Shown here piece after piece: positions 50,570 through 61,613 of a stretch of 64,000 nucleotides of DNA (positions are counted from its first letter, which is position 1; each line of letters starts with the position of its first letter). The notes under the pieces are model-generated. The model worked only from the letters and a program-made list of their open reading frames with translations, was not told the origin of the DNA and searched no databases. The stretch covers positions 1 through 64,000 of the IMG/VR virus record IMGVR_UViG_2883497546_000001; one strand, given 5' to 3'. The position numbers and the translations under genes are program-made. This DNA is from a virus. Lineage: Duplodnaviria; Caudoviricetes.

Positions 50570-50816
50570 AAGACACATGAACGAACCAGCCCCTGCTCCC
50601 GTCCAAGCGAACACGGCACCAGCGTCTCCCCAGCCTACAAAATCCCCCTCACCTCATCCACCCAAAAAAGATCCTCCTCCTCCTCGTACTCCTTCTCGCC
50701 CTCGAATCCCTCCACCACCACGCACGCAGGCAAGCACGCAATCCCACCACTTTTCATTTTTCATTTCGCACCTCTCACTTTGCATTCCTCACCCACCAAC
50801 CTTCCATCTTCCCCGC

Positions 50817-51560
50817 ATGACCCCCATACACCGCATCCCCCTCCGCATTCTCTTATCCCTCACGCTGGCTCTCCTCCTCAGCGTCACCATCACCTCCACC
50901 GTCACGGCCGACATCACCGCACCCAAGCCAGCCACCGCCAGTGCCAAGACCGCTGACGAAATCACCTTCGCCGCCCTCCAGGGCCGCGTCTGGGTCCTCG
51001 CCCTCGTCGACTTCCTCCACGACGCCAAGCTCAGCGAAAAAGACCGCAAAGCCGTCTACGCACTCTATCTCTATCACGAGCTCAAAGTCGCCGGCCTCGA
51101 CGCCGAGCACGCCAACGGCGCCGCCGCCCTCGCCACCAATACCGCCATCTACCAGCGCACCCTCGGCGAAGACTTCCAGGCCAGGCTCACCCAGGCCATC
51201 CGCGTCCCCTTCGAGCGACCCTATCTCGAAAACCCCAAGCTCAACGTCACCGAGCCCCAAAGACTCTCCATCACCTCCCACTTCAGAAAACTCCTCGACC
51301 CCATCCGCATCGCAGACAAGGACAAGCTGCCCACCCCCGAGTGGCTCACCGAAATGGATCTCAGCGCCGTCCTCATCAAAGACCTCAAGAACAGCCTCGA
51401 CCTCTGGAACGACGGCAAAGTCGTCGACGAAGACGAAAACGAAAAACTCTACGAAGCCGTCGAAAAGGATCTCGACCGCATCATCGATCGCATCGACGAA
51501 GACGAAGACCTCATCGACGAAGCCTGGAAAACCGCCGCCACCGCCTGGCTTAGGGAGTGA
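50817..51560 (+). CDS. Secreted hypothetical protein
   Basis: Signal peptide MTPIHRIPLRILLSLTLALLLSVTITSTVTA; host-like codon usage. Confidence 0.7.
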   Translation: MTPIHRIPLRILLSLTLALLLSVTITSTVTADITAPKPATASAKTADEITFAALQGRVWVLALVDFLHDAKLSEKDRKAVYALYLYHELKVAGLDAEHANGAAALATNTAIYQRTLGEDFQARLTQAIRVPFERPYLENPKLNVTEPQRLSITSHFRKLLDPIRIADKDKLPTPEWLTEMDLSAVLIKDLKNSLDLWNDGKVVDEDENEKLYEAVEKDLDRIIDRIDEDEDLIDEAWKTAATAWLRE

Positions 51561-51570
51561 TGAGCGGCGA

Positions 51571-51831
51571 CTAAAACATCCACCACTCCTCGTACCGGGT
51601 CAGCGGCTCATTTAGCAGACTCGTTCGTTGCAGCCACATCCACGGTTCCGCCAGCCTCGCCGCCCAGGTCGGATATGGCGCCAGCGGATGCCTCCCCGGC
51701 AGCGACGGCCCAAGGCAGTGGAGCAGGGGAGGGATCCCCAGCACATACACCAGCACCACTGCCGACGGAGCCAGCACCCACACCGTCCAGCGCCCGCGCT
51801 TTCGGACAGTTGGTGTATCAGCAACACTCAT
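51571..51831 (-). CDS. Small membrane protein, family W (4)
   Basis: LVYVLGIPP...PTW....EPWMWL...LNEPLTRYEEWW; ATGA overlap with the upstream paralog. Confidence 0.7.
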   Translation of the reverse strand: MSVADTPTVRKRGRWTVWVLAPSAVVLVYVLGIPPLLHCLGPSLPGRHPLAPYPTWAARLAEPWMWLQRTSLLNEPLTRYEEWWMF

Positions 51832-52136
51832 GACGTAGGTGCCGTGAAATAGAAGAACCACTTCATCCACCACTCCCCATATTCATGCATCGGCTTGTGC
51901 AGCGGCGTATGGTTGTACAGCACGTCCCCCGGCGCCATGTACCACTTCAGCCAGGTCGGCGCTGGCTTTGGCTTTCCCATATCCGGGTGACGCAACCCAG
52001 TCACCCAGAACATCAGCGGCGGCAGCGTCAGCAGGTACAGTATCAGAGCCCCCAGCACCACCATCAGGCTCAGCACCCACCCACTCCACCGCGGGCGTTT
52101 TACCGCTTGGGACTCCTTGTTCATCACCTCAGGCAT
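51828..52136 (-). CDS. Small membrane protein, family W (5)
   Basis: ILYLLTLPP...PTWLKWYMAP....TPLHKPMHEYGEWW. Confidence 0.7.
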   Translation of the reverse strand: MPEVMNKESQAVKRPRWSGWVLSLMVVLGALILYLLTLPPLMFWVTGLRHPDMGKPKPAPTWLKWYMAPGDVLYNHTPLHKPMHEYGEWWMKWFFYFTAPTS

Positions 52137-52388
52137 GGTAAATTCAGATTCCTCTTCATTGCGCCCAGCATCTATCCAAGTCCCGCCTCCCGCCAGTTCA
52201 AAAACAAACATCAACCTGAGCGCATCCTGTTCACTCATCTTTTTGGAGAGACCAGAGTCAAAACATCCATCAGGACCGCCCAGAGGGCCTTCGTCCACCC
52301 GTCACTCGCATGGCCACCCCCTCACTCTGACGCTCCCGCCAAAAAGAGAAACGCCACTAACAGCCCGGCTCGGGACGGATATGGAACC

Positions 52389-53101
52389 ATGAGTGGTCCT
52401 GAACTTCATAACACGCCGCCTCGAACGTGGCCGTCAAAGGTCATCAGGCTCCTTCTACTCGGCTGCTTGTTGCTCGGCGTTGGGCTGGCGTTTCGCTCCA
52501 TCTACGTCTCGCAAGACCGACCGCTCAAGCGAGAGCTTGCTTTGAGTATCGGCGTGGACGGTGTGAACTATCCTGTAACCTTCTACCGCACCTTTGCGAA
52601 CCCCCCGGTCATTGGAGAAATCGTGGAGCACTCACCCCGTGAGCACGGGGAACGGCCTTGATCGAGTGGAAACCCGGCACACGTCTGATGCATGTAGAAG
52701 GCAAAGGCTTTGCCGTCATTCTCAATCGTAGGCAATTGGACGCACTTCGCGAATGCGCGGTGCAGATTCAAATGAAGCGTGTGCCATCATCAAAGCCCGA
52801 TTTTCACATCCCAGAATCAACGGGTAAGCGATGGTTCCGGGTCAGCCTGAGAGACCCGGGACAGAAATCACGTGTTCTCTCCTGGAGGTATAGTCGATAC
52901 GAAGCATCCAGTGTTGAAAAGTCAGTTCCAGAAAGTTTGAAAGATTGGCTGGAGGTCACTTTTCCACAGCGTGCACCCTCCATCACCTTTTGTTTTCCAG
53001 CCCTGGATATCGAGCTTCGGCGGGATGAGTTCAACGCGTGTGCGGGAATGGATGTGGACATTGATATCCTGATCGACCAGACCCATGAGCCAAAGCAATA
53101 G
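52389..53101 (+). pseudogene. Probable frameshifted membrane-anchored hypothetical protein
   Basis: TM-bearing ORF ends at 52661; the next frame continues to 53101; shift near GGGG at ~52647. Confidence 0.45.
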
Positions 53102-54086
53102 CGGAACAACAGATGTAGTGCGGCTTGTAGAATAGGCTGCCCAATACCGTCGCAGTCTTCCTGTTCTGTCCGAGGCATGAGACACAATTGCCTTTGTTTA
53201 CACGGTGAAACCAAGGCGCACGAAGCGCACATCTGCCATGGTCTTTCATGTTCATCCATGTGAGGAGAAGTCGTGACCTCGCATGGCGGAAGGACGCACT
53301 CCCAAGGAGCGGCGTGCTTTAGCCGCCGTGGGAGCGTGAAAGGCATGGCCTGCGCCGCACCGCGCACCATCATGTGACAAGACTCTTTTGGCTGCTGAAA
53401 GGGATGTTCACGGTCACTCGGTGTTGCAGACGGGGCGACGCTTCAACGGCGGCTAAAGCACGCCGCTCCTTGGGGTGGCATCCTCGTCTGTTGTGGCAAG
53501 GCGATCGAGGCCCCATGCTCGAAGACCATGGATGCTCTCTCAACCCATGCATCAATGTGGGTAAGAGATAGGGCACGGGTCCCCTGAGGCCGCGACACCG
53601 CTTTGAACGGAGACCTACAGTCCCCGCCTTCCCCCAAAGCACTCGCGGAATCCATCATCTCCAACGTCCCAATCAGAATCCACTTTTGGCACATTCCATA
53701 ACCCGGTGGGAAGCCGCTGCGTCAGCCTCCCACGGATACTTGCTGAACAAACGGACGATTCCCTGATCGGTGATTCGGACTGAACTGCGAAGTTGCAGTC
53801 TGAAGGACTGCCGGAACCCAGCTCAGGGTTAGGGAGCTTCTAGCGACCGACACCCTGGGTGATGTGAAAAAAGTTGTCGGACTCTGAAGGTGTCCAGGAG
53901 AGCTTCGCCACGTCATTCCGGGAATTCCCCGCATAGGAGTCCACCCACTCTGACGCTTCCGTCCAATAGAAACGTCCGCAGAACATTCCCACCCAGTCAT
54001 TAAATTCTGCGTCCTACGTGTCCTATGTGTCCTATGCTCCCCCAGCCAACCCTCCAACCCCCCCCGCCGACCCCGAACACCTCACA

Positions 54087-54123
54087 TTGACACCCCATAT
54101 GCCAGAATGTACTTTCTGGCACC
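54087..54123 (+). promoter_or_regulatory. Sigma70-type promoter TTGACA-N17-TACTTT overlapped by palindrome TGCCAGAA-N6-TTCTGGCA
   Basis: -35 at 54087-54092, -10 at 54110-54115, ATG 8 nt later; the bottom strand reads GGTGCCAGAAAGTACA. Confidence 0.75.
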
Positions 54124-54870
54124 ATGGATTCTATCAGCGAAAGTCTCGCATCCCCAGGCACCTCCGGCTCACCCATCCCGGAACTCTCCGCCCTCGCCCC
54201 CACCCACGAAGCCTTCGCCCAGGCCATCTCCCTCGGCGAGGAACCCGCAGCCGCCTGCCAGCGCCTCTTCCGCGGCAAGACTGCCGCCACCGCAGGGAAA
54301 AAGGCCGCCGCGCTTCTCGCAGACCCCGCCATCGCCGCACGCATTGCCGGGCTGCAGCGTCAGGCCGACCACATCGCCCGCCATCACGCGCACTTCACCA
54401 AGGCCGACCTCATCACCTTCCTCGTCGAGACCATCCAGACGCCCGTCAGCAGCGTCGACCAGCACCACCGCCAGTGCCAGGAGTGGACCCGCGACGAACT
54501 CACCACCTCCGGCCGCAGGGCAAACGCCACATCCCAGCAGAAAACACAATCGCCAACTTCAAAGAAGTCCACCGCCACCAAGGCATCCTCTAGAGCCGCG
54601 AAAGCAAACGACACCAGCAATGGGGCAGGGGAGGGACTCGGCACCATCACCCAGGAAGCAGGCACAGGCACAGGCACAGGCGCTGAAACCGACACCGCAC
54701 CCGCACCCCCCATCCTCCTCCGCAGCAAAACCAAAGTCCCCAGCAAACTCGACGCCGCAAAACTCCTCGCCACCCTCTGCGGCTGGCACGCCCCCGCTAA
54801 ACTCGAAAGCAACGTCGCCCTTGGCCTCGCACCCACCGTGGAAGAAGCCCTCACCCGACTGCTGCGCTAG
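54124..54870 (+). CDS. terS: Terminase small subunit
   Basis: HEAFAQ...G..AA...AAALLADPAIAARIAGLQ, K..SKLDAAKLLA..CGW; upstream of terL. Confidence 0.75.
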   Translation: MDSISESLASPGTSGSPIPELSALAPTHEAFAQAISLGEEPAAACQRLFRGKTAATAGKKAAALLADPAIAARIAGLQRQADHIARHHAHFTKADLITFLVETIQTPVSSVDQHHRQCQEWTRDELTTSGRRANATSQQKTQSPTSKKSTATKASSRAAKANDTSNGAGEGLGTITQEAGTGTGTGAETDTAPAPPILLRSKTKVPSKLDAAKLLATLCGWHAPAKLESNVALGLAPTVEEALTRLLR

Positions 54871-54900
54871 TCCACCGGTGCGACGGTGAGCAGTGCGACG

Positions 54901-54962
54901 GTAAGCAGTAAGCAGTAAGCAGTAAGCAGTAAGCAGTAAGCAGTAAGCAGTAAGCAGTAAGC
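54901..54962. repeat. Heptamer repeat (GTAAGCA)x~9
   Basis: Directly read; follows the terS stop. Confidence 0.95.
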
Positions 54963-55274
54963 CGCCGCCATACACGGAACGCCTCACTCAACCTTCGCTG
55001 CTCCGCTGCTTTGCGACGAAACCCACCAGCGCACTACCTCCCATGCGCCCAAGTCCCTCCCACGAGCCACCCTCCGCGCCCTCTGCCTCCTCCCGCGTCG
55101 AGACACATCACCTCCCATCACACCGCATACCACCAAACCCAACCCCTCCAATCCTCTGCGTCCTTTGCCCCTCATGCCCCTTTGCGGTTAACCCGAATCC
55201 ACCCCTGACCCACCACCTCCCACAATCCAATTCCTCAGGCTATCAACTATCAACCCTCAACTATCAACTTACCG

Positions 55275-56867
55275 ATGCTCACCGATAAACTCACCACCCT
55301 CCTCTCCGACAAAGCCTGGCGTCTACGCCACCTCTACCTCATCCTCCCCGAGGACACGAGCACCGCACAGGAAAACACCGGCATCATCCCCCTCGTCCTC
55401 CGAGCCGAGCAGGAAACCTTCATGCAGGCACGCCACACGCGGAACTTCGTCCCCAAGGCGCGCAAATTGGGCATGTCCACCTTCATCGTCATCGACTACC
55501 TCGACGAATGCCTCTGGAATAAAGATACCCACTGCGCCCACGTCGACTTCCGCAAGGACGACGCCGCCAAAAAGCTCGCCATCGCCCGACTCGCCTGGGA
55601 GCGCGGCCCCGAGCACCCCAATCCCGCCATCGCCGAAATCTGGCGCGGCCTCCACGCCAAGCTCAAACTCGTAAAGTCCAACGACTCCTGCCTCGCCTGG
55701 AGCAACGGCTCCCATCAAGAAGCCAACATGTCCTTCATGGGCGGCACCCCGCGCCGCCTCCACATCTCCGAATACGGACCCCTCGCCGCCCAGCGACCCG
55801 AAGCCGCCGCCCGCGTCCGCCAGGGCTCCTTCAATGCCGTCCCCGCCACCGGCATCATCGATATCGAGACCACCATGGAAGGCGGCCCCATAGGCGAGTG
55901 TTATGAAATCTTCCGCCTCGCGTGCGATGCCACCGGCCGCCAGCTCTCACCCCTCGACTGGAAGCTCCACTTCTTCCCCTGGTACCACCATCCCTCCTAC
56001 ACCCTCCCACACCACACCCCGCGCAAGCCCGAGACCGAGCGTTATTTCCGCGAGCTGAAATCAAAGCACAACATCACCATCCCATTGGAGCGACAGGCCT
56101 GGTACGAGCGCAAAGCCGCCGAGCAGCGCGAGAGCATGTACACCCAGTTCCCCTCCACCGCAGACGAGTGCGTGAAGGCCACCACGCGCGATCCCATCTA
56201 CCCCGAGATCACCCTCCTGCGCACCCAGGGCCGGGTAAAAGACTTCAGCCACGAGCGCAGCCTCCCGTTATTCACCGCCTGGGACCTCGGCATCAGCGAC
56301 TACACCTCCGGCTGGCTCATCCAGCCCTCCGGTCGCGACCTCCTCATCCTCGCCTGGCATGAAGGCGAAGGCCACGGCGCCGCGAATGTCGCCGACGTCA
56401 TCCGCAACTGGGAATCCCAGTTCAGCCGCCGCATCGCCATGCATTATCTCCCGCACGATGCGAATATCCGCGAGAAAGGTTCCGGCCGCACGTATATCGA
56501 CCAGCTCGCCGCTGCCGGCATCTCCCGCCACAGCATCCGCATCGTCCCCCGCACCCCCGATATCTGGACCGGCATCAATGACGTGCGCGATATCCTCCCC
56601 AAGTGCTGGTTCCACACCCGCACTGACCAACCTCGCAAGAGCCTCGAAGGCCGCGACCTCCCCTCCGGCCTCCAGTGCCTCGAAGCCTATCGCAAGCAGC
56701 CACCCACCCCCGGCGGCGCCCTTCGCCCCATGCCCCTCCACGACGCCTGCTCCCACAGCGCCGATGCCTTCCGCACCTTCGCCGAAGCCCACGCCGCCGG
56801 CCTCATCACCACCCACACCGGCCACGAACCCAAGCCCAAAGTCCTCATGGGCGTCCGCGGCGCATAA
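55275..56867 (+). CDS. terL: Terminase large subunit
   Basis: Walker A PKARKLGMST, Walker B LHISE, IETT, nuclease TAWDLG.SD, HYLPHD, SHSADAFR. Confidence 0.92.
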   Translation: MLTDKLTTLLSDKAWRLRHLYLILPEDTSTAQENTGIIPLVLRAEQETFMQARHTRNFVPKARKLGMSTFIVIDYLDECLWNKDTHCAHVDFRKDDAAKKLAIARLAWERGPEHPNPAIAEIWRGLHAKLKLVKSNDSCLAWSNGSHQEANMSFMGGTPRRLHISEYGPLAAQRPEAAARVRQGSFNAVPATGIIDIETTMEGGPIGECYEIFRLACDATGRQLSPLDWKLHFFPWYHHPSYTLPHHTPRKPETERYFRELKSKHNITIPLERQAWYERKAAEQRESMYTQFPSTADECVKATTRDPIYPEITLLRTQGRVKDFSHERSLPLFTAWDLGISDYTSGWLIQPSGRDLLILAWHEGEGHGAANVADVIRNWESQFSRRIAMHYLPHDANIREKGSGRTYIDQLAAAGISRHSIRIVPRTPDIWTGINDVRDILPKCWFHTRTDQPRKSLEGRDLPSGLQCLEAYRKQPPTPGGALRPMPLHDACSHSADAFRTFAEAHAAGLITTHTGHEPKPKVLMGVRGA

Positions 56868-57281
56868 CGGAAACGTCGAGCCTAAGCGCAGAAGGCTGCT
56901 CCAGAAGCCTTTCAGTCGTGAACCTCACTCCGAATGCAAAATGAAAAGTGAGAAATGAAAAATGCAAAGTTACGCGTGCACCTCCGCATCGTGTCGAAGT
57001 GCGCCCGCATAAAAATCTGTGATGGGGATAAGCAAGGCAATCGCTCATCGCACACCGACCCATCATACCAGGTCGCTATGCGTCTTGGAGTGCGGTTGCA
57101 CAGGCCTCCCTTGAGGCCGCGACACCGCTTTGAACGAAGGAACTTCATCCCGATGTCCCGGAGCACCCCAGCGAAGTCCAGCACTCCAAGCTTCCCACCA
57201 CCACCACCACTTTGCATTTTTCATTCATCACTTTTCATTTTGCATTCCCTTCGTCACAATCACCTCTGCTCCTCACCCCCC

Positions 57282-57863
57282 ATGTCCCGCCACACCAGGT
57301 TCATCGCCCTCGCCATCTTCGCGCTACTGCTCGGCATTCCCCTCGGTTATCTCGTGCTCGCCTGGCACCCGGCAGCACCGCTCACGTTCCATCTGGAACG
57401 CGGCGAGCCCACGGTGCGGAATGTGAAACTTCTAGGCAGCTACCGCGCACGCTGGGTCAGGGTTGAAAACTCCAGCTTCACGCCCATCGAATTTCGCGGC
57501 GCCACCCTCCTGCTCAAGTCTGGACCGATGACTTCTTGGGATGCGCCACCCGGCCTTATCTTGCTTGTGCATGGCGCCCTGATCACTCCAATTCCGCGCA
57601 CATTCCCGCCCCCGCTGGTTGTTCCTGCACGCGGACGTATCGTGGCAGATGCCATGCTGGCTCCGCCGCTGGTGGAGGAGCTTCCGAAGGACAACGTTTG
57701 CGTCCTCTATCAATGGCAGTCCCTGCCTCGCTCGAAAGCATCCTCGATGGCGAAATGGCTGCAGGACCACGGACCAGCCTGGGCCGGGAAGTACATCCCT
57801 CGATTCGAACCATGGGAAGAGTACACCCCCCTGGAAGGAGCACTGCCACCTGAGGGGAATTGA
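57282..57863 (+). CDS. MSRR-family membrane-anchored protein (1)
   Basis: MSRHTRFIALAIF...WHP..PLTF; VRVENSS..PI. Confidence 0.8.
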   Translation: MSRHTRFIALAIFALLLGIPLGYLVLAWHPAAPLTFHLERGEPTVRNVKLLGSYRARWVRVENSSFTPIEFRGATLLLKSGPMTSWDAPPGLILLVHGALITPIPRTFPPPLVVPARGRIVADAMLAPPLVEELPKDNVCVLYQWQSLPRSKASSMAKWLQDHGPAWAGKYIPRFEPWEEYTPLEGALPPEGN

Positions 57864-58002
57864 CGATCCATCCATCCTTCGGACCGCCCAGAGGGCCTTC
57901 ATCCACCCGCACTCCGAGTCGCCACCCACTCACCCTGACGTTCCACCCAAACAAGACTTCAGATTTGAACTCTCAATTTTCAAATTTCAAATCCTCACCC
58001 CC

Positions 58003-58539
58003 ATGTCCCGCCGCATAAAGCTCATCATCCTCGCCATCTTCCTCGTGCTGCTCGCCATTCCAACGGTACACTTCTACCTTCACTGGCGGCCCAGGAACCC
58101 TCTTCACTTTCAGTTGGTAAATGTTGAGCCACCAGTCGCCGGAGATCCCAGGTACGCGCGCACAGCCCGAATCGTGGTCCACAACACCTGCGGCACCCCG
58201 ATTCACCTCGAGTTTTCAGAGGTCACCAACTCCGATGCACGCGGGTACGGATACGGGCAGATCTATCCTGAGCTCCGGGTCGGGCCCCATTTGGAAGATA
58301 CCATCGTCCCCTCGCACGGCAGCGTTGCAATGACCTCCACATGGTTCCTGGGGGTACCAGGCAACACTCCTCCTGCTGATGACTTGAAGGTGAAGTACAC
58401 GTGGAACTCTGACCTCAAGTGGCGGACCAGACGCCTCTACCAGCAGCTCTTCGATCTAGCCCCCAATTTTTTCGCGGGGAAACTCCCTGCAATCGTGACC
58501 GACCTCGACACCACGCCACTGCAAGGAGCAGTAAAATGA
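58003..58539 (+). CDS. MSRR-family membrane-anchored protein (2)
   Basis: MSRRIKLIILAIFLVLLAIP...W.P.NPLHF. Confidence 0.8.
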   Translation: MSRRIKLIILAIFLVLLAIPTVHFYLHWRPRNPLHFQLVNVEPPVAGDPRYARTARIVVHNTCGTPIHLEFSEVTNSDARGYGYGQIYPELRVGPHLEDTIVPSHGSVAMTSTWFLGVPGNTPPADDLKVKYTWNSDLKWRTRRLYQQLFDLAPNFFAGKLPAIVTDLDTTPLQGAVK

Positions 58540-59119
58540 GCGGCCGGGTGACGTGATCTCCTGTGCCCGACGTTCCGCCCATCTCACAGCACATCTGAAT
58601 TCCTTCGTTCGTGCGCACTCAATCAAGGAAGAACACCCCGTGAGAAAGCGCAGGACCTCGCCTCATGAATGAACGTCAGGTCAATAAATAGCCGATGGTG
58701 TCAGCAGGGAAATGACGCATAACATACCAACTCATCACCCCAGGTCGCTATGCGTCTTGGAGTGCGGTGGCACAGGCCTCCCTTGAGGCCGCGACACCGC
58801 TTTCAGAGGGGTAGCACCTTCGGAGTTGGAGCGTCACATCTCTCCATGATCCTCAACCCCTCCGCCAAAAGCGGTTTCGCGCTTGAGCGCTTGCCACCGC
58901 ACTCCAAGACGCAAAGCGCTTCTTCCCCGTGCCCGATGAAAGCGAGCCGAGGTCAGCGTTCGACACGCCCGCATCACCCCCACTTTGCATTTTTCATTCA
59001 TCACTTTCCATTTTGCATTCCCTTCTTCACAATCACCACGGCCTGTCTCCGATAGTCTCCCCATTCACTCTATTTCTCGGCCCTGATTTGAAGGCCTAAA
59101 TCATAGATCATAAATCGCG

Positions 59120-59668
59120 ATGTCCCGCCGCACGAAGGTCATTCTCCTACTGGTCTCCCTTGCGCTGGTGAGCCTCACCGCAGTGAACCTCGGTCTCGTC
59201 TGGGCTCCGGAGAATCCATTGCGCTTCCGCATCATCGCCCCGCCACCAGAGAAACTGGAGAGAGCATTCCACGACGGCACGGCACACGTCAGCGGCTACC
59301 AGGTGGAAGTGGAGAATACCACAGGTGCCACCATACGCCTGCTGAGAGCGGAACTGTTCGGGCCGGAGGAGTCTGATGGCAGTCGGGTCCAATTCAGCAA
59401 CGTGCAGACCGCGTCAGCTGCCGCGGAACAGGACCTGGTCATCCCCCCACATGGCTCTCGTCGCCTTGAGCTCTCCATGTTCGAGGCCACGTATGTCGCG
59501 GAACTTGCCCGGTCAGAAATGACCTGCACCTTCCTCTCCCGGTCCAAGGAGAACTACATGAATCTCCTCGACTATGTGGACCGCAAATGGCCATCCCTTT
59601 CCCTCTCCATGCGCTTCTACCCACTTCTGGATGGGAATTCCGTGCCAGTCCAGATGAGCGAGCAGTAG
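59120..59668 (+). CDS. MSRR-family membrane-anchored protein (3)
   Basis: MSRRTKVILL...WAPENPLRF; VEVENTT. Confidence 0.8.
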   Translation: MSRRTKVILLLVSLALVSLTAVNLGLVWAPENPLRFRIIAPPPEKLERAFHDGTAHVSGYQVEVENTTGATIRLLRAELFGPEESDGSRVQFSNVQTASAAAEQDLVIPPHGSRRLELSMFEATYVAELARSEMTCTFLSRSKENYMNLLDYVDRKWPSLSLSMRFYPLLDGNSVPVQMSEQ

Positions 59669-59728
59669 ATCCTCCCTCGGATGGGTCCGTGCGTACTCCT
59701 CCAATCTCAGATCATAAATAGCCTCCCC

Positions 59729-60256
59729 ATGTCCCGCCGCACGAAGCTCATCATCACCACTCTCTTCCTCGTGTTGCTTGCCATTCCCGCGGTGCATTTC
59801 TATTTCCATTGGCGACCAGAGAATCCATTGCGCTTCCAGATCGGCAACGCTGGAGCGGGCTTTCCTCTGAATCCACATGACCTAAGAGTGCCTGTCATCG
59901 TCCGCAACTCCAGTGCCACGCCCATCCATCTCCAGTTCGCTATCATCGCGACGAAGAAGAAGGAGCAGGTTGGCGCCATCCTGCCTCCAGTGTGGCTCGG
60001 GTCCAAGACGTACGACGAAGTCGTCCCTCCCTACGGTACCTTGGAAATGTATTGCTCGGAGAGGAACTTTATCGCTGACGCGCGCGCTCCCGGGTATCTG
60101 CAGGTAGCGTACATCTGGGATTCTAACCTCAGGTACCGGGCGAAGTCCCTGTATGGAGACCTTGGCTATCGCATCTCTCAGTGGCTGTCCCTCGACCTCC
60201 CTTACATCTCTCCTGAAAGCGACACCGCACCGCTGGAAATCGACACGGGAAAGTGA
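59729..60256 (+). CDS. MSRR-family membrane-anchored protein (4)
   Basis: MSRRTKLIITTLFLVLLAIP...WRPENPLRF. Confidence 0.8.
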   Translation: MSRRTKLIITTLFLVLLAIPAVHFYFHWRPENPLRFQIGNAGAGFPLNPHDLRVPVIVRNSSATPIHLQFAIIATKKKEQVGAILPPVWLGSKTYDEVVPPYGTLEMYCSERNFIADARAPGYLQVAYIWDSNLRYRAKSLYGDLGYRISQWLSLDLPYISPESDTAPLEIDTGK

Positions 60257-60343
60257 ACTTGCTCCATCATCCCCGTCCCCTTCCTCCCCGCACCTTGATT
60301 TGAAATCCCCAATCACAAATCAAAAAATCATAAATAGCTCCCC

Positions 60344-60934
60344 ATGTCCCGCCGCACGAAGCTCATCATCGCCGCGCTCTTCCTCGTGCTGCTCGCCGTT
60401 CCCGCAGCCTACGTCGCACTCACCTGGCATCCCGCATTCCCGCTGCGCTTCCATCTTGAAAGCATCGACTCGGAACCGTTGGAAGAAGACCCTCGCTATC
60501 GGGGGCTGCGCGTGCGTGTTGAAAACACCAGCCCGATCCCGGTGCATATTTGCGGAGGTATGCTGTATACGAACTTTGGAATACCTGTCTTTGGCGGTCC
60601 TGAAGGGCTCCTTCTGCCACTCGAGTTTAGAGACGGCATTCCATCGAGGAACCCTGATGAGCCGGTGATCGTTCCCGCACACGGAGAACTCCACATTCGC
60701 GGTGCCCTGGGCGCCAAACTGACGCAGATCCCGCAGGGAGGGGAAATTTCCGTGCAATGCACGTGGGAAACCGCAACACGTGCCGGGGCTGGACGTGCGG
60801 TGAATTGGATCAGATACAGCTGTCCGCAATGGGAGACAGGGCGGCTTCCCATGATAGAGCCCCTGAGAACGACAGTGCCGCTGGAGACCAAAGGTCACGC
60901 ACCAGCACCACCGCAAGAACCATCCGCACCCTGA
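60344..60934 (+). CDS. MSRR-family membrane-anchored protein (5)
   Basis: Conserved N-terminus; VRVENTSPIPV. Confidence 0.8.
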   Translation: MSRRTKLIIAALFLVLLAVPAAYVALTWHPAFPLRFHLESIDSEPLEEDPRYRGLRVRVENTSPIPVHICGGMLYTNFGIPVFGGPEGLLLPLEFRDGIPSRNPDEPVIVPAHGELHIRGALGAKLTQIPQGGEISVQCTWETATRAGAGRAVNWIRYSCPQWETGRLPMIEPLRTTVPLETKGHAPAPPQEPSAP

Positions 60935-60981
60935 TTTGAAATCCCCAATCACAAATCAAAAATCATAAATAGCGCTTCCCC

Positions 60982-61536
60982 ATGTCCCACCGCACAAAGC
61001 TCATCATCGCCGCGATTTTCCTCGTGCTGATCGCCATCCCGGCGGCATACGTCATACGCACCTGGCATCCTACCAATCCGCTTCGATTTCGGTTTTCCGA
61101 GGTCCACCCTGAGGCGGACCTCAAAAAGGGCATTCGCAAGATCACTGTCACCGTGGAAAATGCCAGCGATGCTCCCGTCCAGCTCTACGGTGCGAGTATC
61201 GAAGTTCCCAACAGCAAGGGCAGGGCGCCTGAGCGGGCCGGCTTCTGCGGTCCCTGGAGTCATAGCTCGATTGGTGGCGCGAGTAGACCTGTCAGGTTCG
61301 TGGTGGTCCCGGCCCGGGGTACCACCCGCATCACCGCTGAGCTCCGTACTGAATATATGACGGATGGCAAAAGCGGCCGCCTTCAGGTGACCTATCATTG
61401 GATGTCAGTGACGAAGTCCAAAAGTGCCGGACTGTTTAAATGGATCCACGGAGGCAGCCCGCAATGGTTGCGCAGCCTCAGCCCTGATTTCAAGATCAAG
61501 CCTGATATTGCTCCCCTGGAAGGAGTCGCAGAGTAG
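60982..61536 (+). CDS. MSRR-family membrane-anchored protein (6)
   Basis: Conserved N-terminus; VTVENASDAPV. Confidence 0.8.
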   Translation: MSHRTKLIIAAIFLVLIAIPAAYVIRTWHPTNPLRFRFSEVHPEADLKKGIRKITVTVENASDAPVQLYGASIEVPNSKGRAPERAGFCGPWSHSSIGGASRPVRFVVVPARGTTRITAELRTEYMTDGKSGRLQVTYHWMSVTKSKSAGLFKWIHGGSPQWLRSLSPDFKIKPDIAPLEGVAE

Positions 61537-61613
61537 TCGCCGGCCCGCATCAACTCCCAAGGTCTCCCAGCTCTCCCTTTCAAATCATCAATCAAAAATC
61601 ATAAATAGTCCTC

